This document shows, piece by piece, positions 55,916-64,000 of a stretch of DNA of 64,000 bases. The position numbers and the translations under genes were made by a program. How positions within the stretch are numbered: the stretch's first letter is position 1; each line of letters begins with the position of its first letter. This stretch comes from an uncultured delta proteobacterium (GTDB taxonomy: Bacteria > Myxococcota_A > Polyangia > Fen-1088), in NCBI GenBank assembly GCA_963755125.1, contig CAVWIP010000001.1, positions 32,001 through 96,000 of the forward strand, written 5' to 3'. The notes under the pieces were generated by a model. The model was not told the DNA's origin and searched no databases. It worked only from the letters and a program-made list of their open reading frames with translations.

Positions 55916-57481
55916 ATGGCGCTGGTCCTTTCTGCAGCCCAGATGAAAGCGGTCGACCGCGCCGCCATAGACAAGCTCGGGTTGCCGGGCTTGGTCCTGA
56001 TGGAGAACGCGGGTCGCGGAGTGGCGGAGATTATTGCCCGGGAGAAATCCCACCTGTCTGACCTGGACGTGCGCGTGGTGTGCGGCGCCGGCCAGAACGG
56101 TGGCGATGGGTTCGTGGTGGCTCGTCACCTCCTCGACCGGGGCGCTCAGGTGCAGGTTTTCCTGGCCATGCCGCGCGAGAAGATGGCTGGCGACGCGGCG
56201 GTCTTTGCCCGCGTATTCGAGGCCCTGCCCGGTGCGCTGGTGCGCGATGCTTCGTTCGAAGAGGACGCCACCACATGGCGCGCGTATCTAGCCGGGGCTG
56301 ACGTGATCGTTGATGCGGTGTTTGGCACCGGGCTGCGTTCCGACGTGATCGGTCCGGCCGCGGCTGCCATTCGCGCCATGAACGCGGTCGACACCCTACG
56401 CGTCGCGGTCGACATCCCCTCGGGGCTGGACGCGGACACAGGCGTCGTGCGCGGGGGCGCGGTCTTGGCCCATGTGACAGCGACCATGGGTTGCCGCAAG
56501 CTCGGCTTGGTTCTGGATCCCGATGCGCCGGTCGGGCGGGTCGAGGTCGTGGATTTGGGCGTGCCGCCCGATGCGGCGCTGGAAGCTGCCAGGGCCGAGG
56601 GGCCGCTTTGTTACTGGCTGGAACGCGCAGGCGTCGCGCGAATGTTGCCCCGACCTGGTCCGGGAGCCCACAAGGGCACGGCCGGTCACGTCCTGATCAT
56701 CGCCGGGTCGGCTGGCAAGACCGGCGCAGCCCTGCTGGCGGCGCGGGCGGCTCTGCGCACCGGCGCGGGCCTCGCCACCATGGCCACGACTAGAGCCGGT
56801 CAGACGGCGCTCGATGCCAAGGTCGTGGCCGAGATGACAGCTGTGTACGCAGACGGCGACGACGCCGATGGGGCGAGCTATGCGCGCATTCTGGCCCTGG
56901 CAGGCCGAATGAAGGCGGCGGCTTTGGGACCGGGCATTCCCACCGGGCCGGGCATGGCGGCCATGGTGCGCCGGCTGGTGGGGGAGTTGCCCATCCCCCT
57001 GGTGGTTGACGCCGATGCCTTGAATCTGCTGGGCGAGGACGCGGCTGCATTGGCGACTTCGGCCCGCGCCGCCCGCGTTCTGACCCCTCACCCCGGCGAG
57101 ATGGCGCGCGTCTGCGGGCTGCCCGTCGGGGAAATCAGCAAGGACCGGTTGGGCCACGCGCGCCGGCTAGCCGAGCGATCGCGTGCCGTGGTGGTCTTGA
57201 AGGGCGCGCGCACGGTGATTGCACGTCCCGACGGAACGGCCCACATCAACCCGACTGCCAATCCGGCCCTGGGCACCGCTGGCAGCGGCGACGTCCTTAC
57301 CGGGGTCATCGCGTCCTTGCTGGGGCAAGGGCTGGCGGCGCCCGACGCGGCCTGCGCGGGCGTGTTCGTGCACGGAGAATCGGCGGAGACCGCCATCCGG
57401 ACGCTGGGTTCACACAATCTCATGGCGGGCGATCTGCCTGACGCCATCGCGCGCACCCTGGAAGGGCTGCGCTCGTTGTAG
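55916..57481 (+). CDS. nnr: Bifunctional NAD(P)H-hydrate epimerase/dehydratase (NnrE-NnrD)
   Basis: LMENAG, GQNGGDG, DIPSG, HKG, LTPHPGE, AGSGDVL motifs. Confidence 0.95.
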   Translation: MALVLSAAQMKAVDRAAIDKLGLPGLVLMENAGRGVAEIIAREKSHLSDLDVRVVCGAGQNGGDGFVVARHLLDRGAQVQVFLAMPREKMAGDAAVFARVFEALPGALVRDASFEEDATTWRAYLAGADVIVDAVFGTGLRSDVIGPAAAAIRAMNAVDTLRVAVDIPSGLDADTGVVRGGAVLAHVTATMGCRKLGLVLDPDAPVGRVEVVDLGVPPDAALEAARAEGPLCYWLERAGVARMLPRPGPGAHKGTAGHVLIIAGSAGKTGAALLAARAALRTGAGLATMATTRAGQTALDAKVVAEMTAVYADGDDADGASYARILALAGRMKAAALGPGIPTGPGMAAMVRRLVGELPIPLVVDADALNLLGEDAAALATSARAARVLTPHPGEMARVCGLPVGEISKDRLGHARRLAERSRAVVVLKGARTVIARPDGTAHINPTANPALGTAGSGDVLTGVIASLLGQGLAAPDAACAGVFVHGESAETAIRTLGSHNLMAGDLPDAIARTLEGLRSL

Positions 57482-57490
57482 ACTCTAGCC

Positions 57491-57772
57491 ATGACCAAGG
57501 ACACCATCATCGTTGCGCTTTCGGCCGAGGGCCTTTCGGCCAGTCAAGATGCCTTCGCGATTTCTGAGGAGCGCGAGGCGACTTTCCTCGTGGCCGCACC
57601 CGGCGACGTGATGCCGCTGAACAAGGTCGTCCGGGTCGAGCTGCGTGACAAGGTTCTGTGCCTGCACACGGCCAAGGATGACCACTTCTGGTTCAGCTAC
57701 GACCTCATCCTGGGCCTGCGTGTGCTGGCGGCGAAGCCCGGCAAGGAACGCCTCGCAGGCTTCGCCAAGTAG
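57491..57772 (+). CDS. Small beta-rich hypothetical protein (93 aa)
   Basis: Native codon usage; directly follows nnr. Confidence 0.7.
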   Translation: MTKDTIIVALSAEGLSASQDAFAISEEREATFLVAAPGDVMPLNKVVRVELRDKVLCLHTAKDDHFWFSYDLILGLRVLAAKPGKERLAGFAK

Positions 57773-57796
57773 CCGCGCGCCGTTTGGCTACAGCTA

Positions 57797-59512
57797 TCAG
57801 CGGATCGACATCGACCAGTTCGCGATGGTGTTCTTGCCCTTGTAGGCAGGAAAGCCGAAGGACTGCATCTGATTCAAGATGCACATGGGAAGCGGTCCCT
57901 TGCCCTGGCCGTTGACCCGCACCGCCTTGACCCGTCCGGTGGGCTGAACCACGAAGTCGACCTCGATGGTCGGCACGCCCTTGCCCATGATGCAGGGAAC
58001 CAGCCGGCGGTAGTTGGCGTGCATGACTCGGTCGATCGTGCCCTCGTCGAGAATGGCGTCGCCACCCCCCTGGGTCACATCGCCCAGGTCCATGCTGTTG
58101 TTGAAGTCCTCTGCGCGACCGGCCACGCCGCCGCCGGGCCCACCGTGCCTGGCGCCGCCCGCCCGCCGGTGTTCCGGAAACGAGATCTTGACGTCCTTGA
58201 GGAAGGCATCCACGTCGGCTTCGCTCACGCGTGAGGCCAGTACGTCATCCTTGGCGGCCACGCGCTGGTGGATGAACCAGGCCAGGCCCGCGGCAAGCGC
58301 CACCACCGCCGAGCCGATGATGAAGATCGTCCAGCGGCCCTTCTTGCGCTCCACGTGCTCGTGCGCCTGCTCGGCCTGCGCCCGTCGCTGGGCTTCGAGC
58401 CGGCGTTCGGTGAGGCGCGTGAACTCGACCAGCTGCGGATTCTCGCGAATCTTCTGCCGGTCGCCCGAGTCGACGTCGACGATGATGTCGTCGCCGTTGA
58501 AGATGCCCTTTTCCATCTGGGCCATGACCTGGGCCAGGGAGAACGGGCCGTAATCGAGCTTGTCCTTCTGGATGAGCCAGCGCTCGTACTCCTCGGTCAG
58601 ACGCACGGCATCCGCGACACTGAAGGACTTGCCCATGCTCAGCCGGGCCGAGGGTGCCTTCGGCTGCACGGCCGCTGGCTGCACGCCTCCTGCCATGCTG
58701 GCGAGAACCGCCCCGAGCGCGTCCAGCAGTTCCTTGGGCCTGGAGAAACGTGTCTCCGACAGCGGCGCCATGCCGCGCGCCACCACCGCATCCACCGCGG
58801 GCGGAACCGCCGAGTTCACCTGACTGGGCGGCCACAGCGGCGAGGCCGGGGCATGACCGGTGAGCATCTCGTACAAGATCGCCGCAAGCGAGTACACGTC
58901 CGCCGAAGGCGAAAGCTCCTCACCCGCCGCCACCTCGGGCGCGAGGTAGACGCCCTGCGAGTTGAAGTCAGCCCCACCTCGCCGCGCCAGCGCAGGCAAC
59001 GCACGCGAAAGGCCCAAGTCGGTCAGTTTGACCCGTCCGGCAGACGTGACCCGGATGGCCGAGGGATTGACGCCGCCATGGACCAGGGTCGAATGCACCC
59101 TATCCAGGGCGTTGCCCACGTGCCCCAGCAGGACATGGGCATGAGTCAGGCCAATCACGCTTCCTTCGCGGCGTTTGGCGTCCAAGATCTGTCGCAGACT
59201 GGGGCCGTCGGTAGCTTCGGTAGCGACGTAGATGCGATCACCTTCAAGACCCCAGGCAACCAGCGTCGCCAGGTTCTTGTGTGACACCTGAGCAGCCTTG
59301 CCCAGGTCAGTTTCCACAACGGTTCGTGTCATTTCCGTCGCGCTGAAGACACGCAAGGCTACCGCGGCGCCACCCTGGGAATCTTGGGCTTGGTAGAGTT
59401 CACTGCCGCCTTCTTCACCCAAGAAGCTCTGGATCTGGAAGCGACCGCCGACCAGCGTGCCCGCCGAGATCTGGTTGTTGCGTTTCATGTCTGCGGAAAG
59501 GGAAGGGCTCAT
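57797..59512 (-). CDS. Ser/Thr kinase-like (pseudokinase) protein with GYF-like domain, TM helix and C-terminal TonB_C/AgmX-like domain
   Basis: Kinase subdomains visible (YLAPE, ADVYSLAAILYEMLTG) but catalytic motifs altered; WLIQKDKLDYGPFS; one TM helix. Start is 59512 or 59488. Confidence 0.78.
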   Translation of the reverse strand: MSPSLSADMKRNNQISAGTLVGGRFQIQSFLGEEGGSELYQAQDSQGGAAVALRVFSATEMTRTVVETDLGKAAQVSHKNLATLVAWGLEGDRIYVATEATDGPSLRQILDAKRREGSVIGLTHAHVLLGHVGNALDRVHSTLVHGGVNPSAIRVTSAGRVKLTDLGLSRALPALARRGGADFNSQGVYLAPEVAAGEELSPSADVYSLAAILYEMLTGHAPASPLWPPSQVNSAVPPAVDAVVARGMAPLSETRFSRPKELLDALGAVLASMAGGVQPAAVQPKAPSARLSMGKSFSVADAVRLTEEYERWLIQKDKLDYGPFSLAQVMAQMEKGIFNGDDIIVDVDSGDRQKIRENPQLVEFTRLTERRLEAQRRAQAEQAHEHVERKKGRWTIFIIGSAVVALAAGLAWFIHQRVAAKDDVLASRVSEADVDAFLKDVKISFPEHRRAGGARHGGPGGGVAGRAEDFNNSMDLGDVTQGGGDAILDEGTIDRVMHANYRRLVPCIMGKGVPTIEVDFVVQPTGRVKAVRVNGQGKGPLPMCILNQMQSFGFPAYKGKNTIANWSMSIR

Positions 59513-59630
59513 GGGCAGTTTGATATTACAGGCTATCTCCCTATCGACAGTAACAGGAATTTCTGTGAGCCGTGCTGCGAAGTCGAGCGCTCCGCATGTC
59601 CAGATATGAATGGCAGCTGCTGTTCGAGGT

Positions 59631-59655
59631 ATGGGAACCCTTTCAGGGTTCCCAT
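59631..59655. repeat. Partial copy C of the structured repeat (terminal hairpin only)
   Basis: ATGGGAACCCT-TTC-AGGGTTCCCAT, 2 bp after the PilZ gene stop. Confidence 0.8.
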
Positions 59656-59657
59656 GA

Positions 59658-60278
59658 TCATGAACTTCTGAATCGACGTACCAGCTCACGCAAGCGGCGC
59701 GAACCTCCACCCTCGCGAAATACGAATCGGATACCGATCTGGCCCGGACCCGCGTGGTAGATTACGCGGCCGGAAATGGCCATGGGGGCCACGCCGCCAG
59801 GTGGGACAATGTCGAGGACGACATCGGTGCCCAGCGACGGGACCGCTTTCGCACAAAGCAGCGCGCCGTTGGTGCTGATCTCGCGCAGGTCGGCGTCTGC
59901 TGGCTCGGGATCGCTGGCGAGGCGAAGCTTGACCGGCAAGCCTATGGGAATTCGCGTATGCCGTCGACGTGGACCGGGCTTGCGCTGTCCGTCCAGGGTC
60001 TGGAGCACGAAATCGCGCTTGGCCCCTTCTTCGGTCGCGAACTTGACCAAGGCACCGGCCCGCACCCGCAGCCGGGGCAGGGCGGGCCGCCAGGACACCA
60101 CTGAGCCGCGTATGAAGACCCGGTTGGGCAGGGCCTTGCAGATGATCTCGACCACCACCTCGTCATCCGGCACGAGGTGCTTGGTTGTCGGACAGAAGAT
60201 CCCGCCTTCGGGATGATCAGTATTGTAGAAACTGCGAAACTCCTCAGCACTTCTGCAGCGGACACGCAGAATGTTCAA
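59658..60278 (-). CDS. Tandem PilZ-type domain protein
   Basis: RRRHTR (RxxxR) and EISTNG motifs in the second domain; AGGAGG SD before TTG. Confidence 0.85.
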   Translation of the reverse strand: MNILRVRCRSAEEFRSFYNTDHPEGGIFCPTTKHLVPDDEVVVEIICKALPNRVFIRGSVVSWRPALPRLRVRAGALVKFATEEGAKRDFVLQTLDGQRKPGPRRRHTRIPIGLPVKLRLASDPEPADADLREISTNGALLCAKAVPSLGTDVVLDIVPPGGVAPMAISGRVIYHAGPGQIGIRFVFREGGGSRRLRELVRRFRSS

Positions 60279-60356
60279 TGCATACCCCCTCCTGAAGGGG
60301 TCTGTAACTGATGGTGGCTTGCTTACTATGATTGTACTAGCTTTCGCGTTTTCCGG

Positions 60357-61226
60357 ATGTCAATCCGTATTCACATCAACGGCCGGCCCCATCCGCCCGA
60401 AGAAGCTGCCGTGCCGGTCTTCGACAGGGGCTTTCTTTTCGGCGACAGCGTGTATGAAACTGTGGGCACGAATCGTGGACGGCTGGTCTTTCTCGACGAC
60501 CACCTGGACCGCCTGGCCCGCTCCGCGGAGCGGCTGTTCCTGCAGCTTCCCCCGCGTGACGAGATCGAGCGGGCGGTGCGCGAGACACTGGCTGCGGCGG
60601 AGAATCCCGAATCGCGCGTGAGAATCACGGTGACGCGGGGAAGCGGAATCGTGGATCTCGATCCTGCCGCGGCCAGTCAGCCGCGCCTGGTGGTCATCGT
60701 CCAGCCGTTGGGCGCACCGTCGCCAGAGGTGTATGAGCAGGGCGCCGAGGTCGAGATCGTGTCGGTGACGAGAAACTCGCCGCGGGCTATCGATCCAGCG
60801 GTCAAGTCGGGCAACTACCTGAACAACGTGCTGGCCATGGGCGAGGCCCGCCGGCGACGTCCCTCGGTCCACGAGGCCATCCTTTGCGCGGCCAGCGGGA
60901 GCGTGGCTGAAGGAGCGACGAGCAACGTGTTCGCGGTCGTCGCCGGCCAACTTCGCACGCCAGCGCTCGAGGTTGGGATTCTGGATGGCGTGACCCGCGG
61001 GAAGATCCTGGCGCTGGCGCGCACGAATGGTATCTCGTGTCAGGAGGTTCCGTTCATGAGTCCCGACGAGTTCCGGCGGGCAGACGAGGCTTTCTTGACC
61101 AGCTCGGTTCGCAGCGTGTTGCCTGTCTGCCGGGTCGATGGGCTGGCGCTGGGTGATGGCAAGCCTGGCACCATGACCCGGCGGCTGATGGTGCTCTATC
61201 GCCATCTGGTCGAGGCGCAAGCATGA
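60357..61226 (+). CDS. Aminotransferase class IV (IlvE/PabC/Dat-like)
   Basis: DRGFLFGDSVYET, KSGNY, EGATSNVF, ILDGVTR, EAFLTSS motifs. Confidence 0.93.
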   Translation: MSIRIHINGRPHPPEEAAVPVFDRGFLFGDSVYETVGTNRGRLVFLDDHLDRLARSAERLFLQLPPRDEIERAVRETLAAAENPESRVRITVTRGSGIVDLDPAAASQPRLVVIVQPLGAPSPEVYEQGAEVEIVSVTRNSPRAIDPAVKSGNYLNNVLAMGEARRRRPSVHEAILCAASGSVAEGATSNVFAVVAGQLRTPALEVGILDGVTRGKILALARTNGISCQEVPFMSPDEFRRADEAFLTSSVRSVLPVCRVDGLALGDGKPGTMTRRLMVLYRHLVEAQA

Positions 61227-61441
61227 ACCCTGCGCAGGCCGGACTGAAGTTCTTCGCGATAAGCGGTGCCATTCTGATCCTGAGCGGTGTGGCTCAGGCG
61301 CTGGCTCGGCCTCGGAGCGCGCGCGAACGTGGGATGCAGCGCTATTTCAACGGAGCCACGGTCCGGGCCATGGTGTTCGTGACCGTGGGGACGCTGGCCA
61401 TCATGGTGGGCCTTGGCGCGATTCGGATCGGGTTGCGATAG
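61223..61441 (+). CDS. Small two-TM membrane protein (72 aa)
   Basis: ATGA overlap with the upstream gene; two hydrophobic helices. Confidence 0.7.
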   Translation: MNPAQAGLKFFAISGAILILSGVAQALARPRSARERGMQRYFNGATVRAMVFVTVGTLAIMVGLGAIRIGLR

Positions 61442-62016
61442 GAGAGCGTCCTGCGGTGGCGGGGGCGGTGTGGGTGACAGGAGCGGTGACGCTGACGGCA
61501 AGAGGGCCGGAAGCCGAGCCCCGAGCGCTGCGCGTCTCCCTGTCGAACCTATTGCTCGTGTCTTGGACCGCATCGTGGGCACTGCCCAAGCGATGCTGGG
61601 AGGCGGGCGTGGCATCTCTTGGAAGAAGGTCATCCCAAATCAGGTTTCCAATCTCTACCTGCTCATCGCCTTTGCCGAGGAGATGACATTGAAGACGCGC
61701 GGCGCAGAGCCATCCACCTAGCGTGCTACGAAAGGAGTAGCCGTCTACGTGAGTCGCGCGAGGAAACCGGCTCGGGAGCCGCCTTCCGAGCCCGCATTCA
61801 CGTAGATGCGGTTCGGGTGCAACGCTTATGTGACAGCCCGGCGGCTGTGCGCCTATGGGAACCTGAAGGTGCGCGGGTTGTGAGTCGTCAATGACGTGTG
61901 GAATCCTGACGAAACCCCTGTCATCTACACCGCACTCGGCCACGCCGAATTCCAGCAGTTCGTTGAATCGTTTGTGCTGATCCGCTAGAAGGACACGCTC
62001 TGCACGGCACCGCACC

Positions 62017-63348
62017 ATGATTGAACGCTACACCCGACCCGCACTGGCTGAACTGTGGTCTGATGCCCACCGCTACGAGACCTGGCTGCGGGTTGAGCTG
62101 GCGGCCTGCGAGGCCATGGAAGCCGCGGGCCGCGTTCCCGCGGGAACGGCCGAGAGCGTTCGCCAGAAGACCGCTGGCAAGCTGAATGCCAAACAAATTC
62201 TGGAAATCGAGGAGCGGACCAAGCACGACGTCATCGCGTTCCTCACCCACGTTGAGGAGTTGGCGGGCGAGCCGGCGCGATGGCTCCACCTGGGGATGAC
62301 GTCCTCCGACGTGCTGGATGCGTCCCTGGCCATCCTGCTGCGCCAGGCGGCTGATGAAATCGTGATCGGCGTCGACCAGCTCATGCAGGCGCTGGCGCGC
62401 AAGGCGGAACAGCATCGCAATACGCTGATGATCGGTCGCTCGCACGGCATCCACGCCGAGCCCATCACGGCGGGACTGGTGTTCGCCGGCTTCTTCAGCG
62501 AGGTCAGCCGCGCGCGACGCGCGTTGGTGGTGGCGCGCGAGGAGATCTCGGCCGGCAAGCTAGCCGGAGCGGTCGGCACCTATGCGACCCTGGACCCGGA
62601 GATCGAGATTCGTGCGCTGGGCGCCCTGGGTCTGCACCCGGAGGTCGTTCCCACCCAGGTCGTGGCGCGCGATCGCCACGCCGGCTACTTCATGGCCCTG
62701 GCCCGGCTGGGCACGGCGGTCGAGCGCATGGCGCTCACGGTTCGGCACTGGCAGCGGACCGAGGTCGGCGAGGCCATGGAAGCCTTTGGCAAGGGACAGA
62801 AGGGCTCGTCCGCAATGCCCCACAAAAAGAATCCGATTCTTTCCGAGAACCTGTGCGGGCTGGCGCGCGTGCTGCGTGCCTATGCCGGCGCAGCTTTGGA
62901 GGACGTGGCTCTCTGGCACGAACGCGACATCTCACATTCGTCGGTGGAGCGGGTGATTGGCCCCGACGCCACGGGCATCGCGGATTTCATGGTGCGACGG
63001 GCTGCCAGCTTGATCGACGGATTGGTGGTCAATGCGGAACGCATGCAGCACAATCTGGAGCTGACCGGCGGACTTTTTTTCAGTGAGGGCGTGATGCTGG
63101 CTCTCGTGCGCAAGGGTCTGGCGCGCCAGACGGCCTACGAGTTGGTGCAGAAGCACGCTCTGGCTGTCTCGGCCACGCTGGGGCAGCCGCCGGGATGCGC
63201 GCCCAGCTTCCGCGAGCGTGTGAGCGCTGATCCGGAGATTGCTGCCAAGCTGACCGTCGCCGATCTGGATGAGGCGTTCGATATCAAGCACCACCTGCGC
63301 TGGGGTAGTGTCATCATCGATCGCGCGCTGAGAGACCTAGACGTTTAG
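62017..63348 (+). CDS. purB: Adenylosuccinate lyase
   Basis: [39 protein letters not shown] motifs. Confidence 0.98.
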   Translation: MIERYTRPALAELWSDAHRYETWLRVELAACEAMEAAGRVPAGTAESVRQKTAGKLNAKQILEIEERTKHDVIAFLTHVEELAGEPARWLHLGMTSSDVLDASLAILLRQAADEIVIGVDQLMQALARKAEQHRNTLMIGRSHGIHAEPITAGLVFAGFFSEVSRARRALVVAREEISAGKLAGAVGTYATLDPEIEIRALGALGLHPEVVPTQVVARDRHAGYFMALARLGTAVERMALTVRHWQRTEVGEAMEAFGKGQKGSSAMPHKKNPILSENLCGLARVLRAYAGAALEDVALWHERDISHSSVERVIGPDATGIADFMVRRAASLIDGLVVNAERMQHNLELTGGLFFSEGVMLALVRKGLARQTAYELVQKHALAVSATLGQPPGCAPSFRERVSADPEIAAKLTVADLDEAFDIKHHLRWGSVIIDRALRDLDV

Positions 63349-63367
63349 CAGCCGAGGGAGGAACGCC

Positions 63368-64000
63368 ATGGTTTCCAATGAACTGATTCGAGCACAGCTT
63401 GCCAAGACCCTGGAGAAGACCGACTTCCCCGAACTGGGCGAAAAGTACGTCGGCAAGGTCCGCGACTGCTACAGCAAGGACGGGCGGCGCACCATCGTGG
63501 TGACAGACCGGATCAGTGCCTTCGACGTCGTACTGGGTACCATCCCGTTCAAGGGCCAGGTGCTCAACCAGATCGCGGCTTACTGGTTCGAGTCCACCAG
63601 GCAGATCGCGTCCAATCACGTGCTGTCGGTGCCTGACCCGACGGTCATGGTGGCGGCCGAGTGCGAACTTCTCCCGGTCGAGTTCGTCATGCGCGCCTAT
63701 CTGACCGGCGTGACCACCACCTCCATCTGGTACCACTACGAGCGGGGCGGGCGCCTGTTCTGTGGCCACAAGCTCCCGGATGGCATGCGCAAGAACCAGA
63801 AGCTGGACAAGCCCATCCTCACGCCATCCACCAAGGCGGCCAAGGGCGGCCACGACCAGTCGGTGTCGCGCGAGGAGATCCTGGCCTCGGCCGTGCTGTC
63901 AGCCGACGACTTCGACCGCGCGGCCGAGATGTGCGCGCGCATCTTCGCCTTCGGCCAGAGCCTTGCGGCCCAGCGCGGACTCATTTTGGTCGACACCAAG
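63368..64000 (+). CDS. purC: SAICAR synthetase (runs off the window end; absent from the ORF track)
   Basis: Manual translation from ATG 63368 (GGAGG SD): [40 protein letters not shown]. Confidence 0.96.
   Translation, partial: MVSNELIRAQLAKTLEKTDFPELGEKYVGKVRDCYSKDGRRTIVVTDRISAFDVVLGTIPFKGQVLNQIAAYWFESTRQIASNHVLSVPDPTVMVAAECELLPVEFVMRAYLTGVTTTSIWYHYERGGRLFCGHKLPDGMRKNQKLDKPILTPSTKAAKGGHDQSVSREEILASAVLSADDFDRAAEMCARIFAFGQSLAAQRGLILVDTK

Overview
GC-rich bacterial chromosomal segment, most likely Myxococcota (Polyangia-like). This is inferred from a RomR-type regulator next to valS, Gly/Ser/Thr-linker lipoproteins, and FHA, PilZ and kinase-like genes. Most of the window is housekeeping backbone: uvrA, rnpB, tRNA-Ile2, uppP-birA-nadC, rsmD-coaD-aminotransferase, zwf-pgl, romR-valS, recG, pyrR-pyrB-pyrC-carA, tilS-ftsH-folP, glmM-pdxJ-nnr, purB-purC. 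Accessory or unusual parts: (1) an intact 1328-bp IS4-family element with a 9-bp target duplication and a hairpin covering its RBS; (2) a 77-bp multi-hairpin repeat with five compensatory base-pair changes, one copy inserted in frame in a lipoprotein signal peptide; (3) an uncharacterised envelope cluster (DUF4398, frameshifted OmpA, TPR, HEAT, FHA); (4) a carbohydrate-enzyme island with gene debris; (5) a pseudokinase-GYF-TM-TonB_C-like gene beside a PilZ gene; (6) several pseudogenes. No CRISPR array, rRNA or prophage was seen. All calls come from reading motifs by eye; no database search was run.
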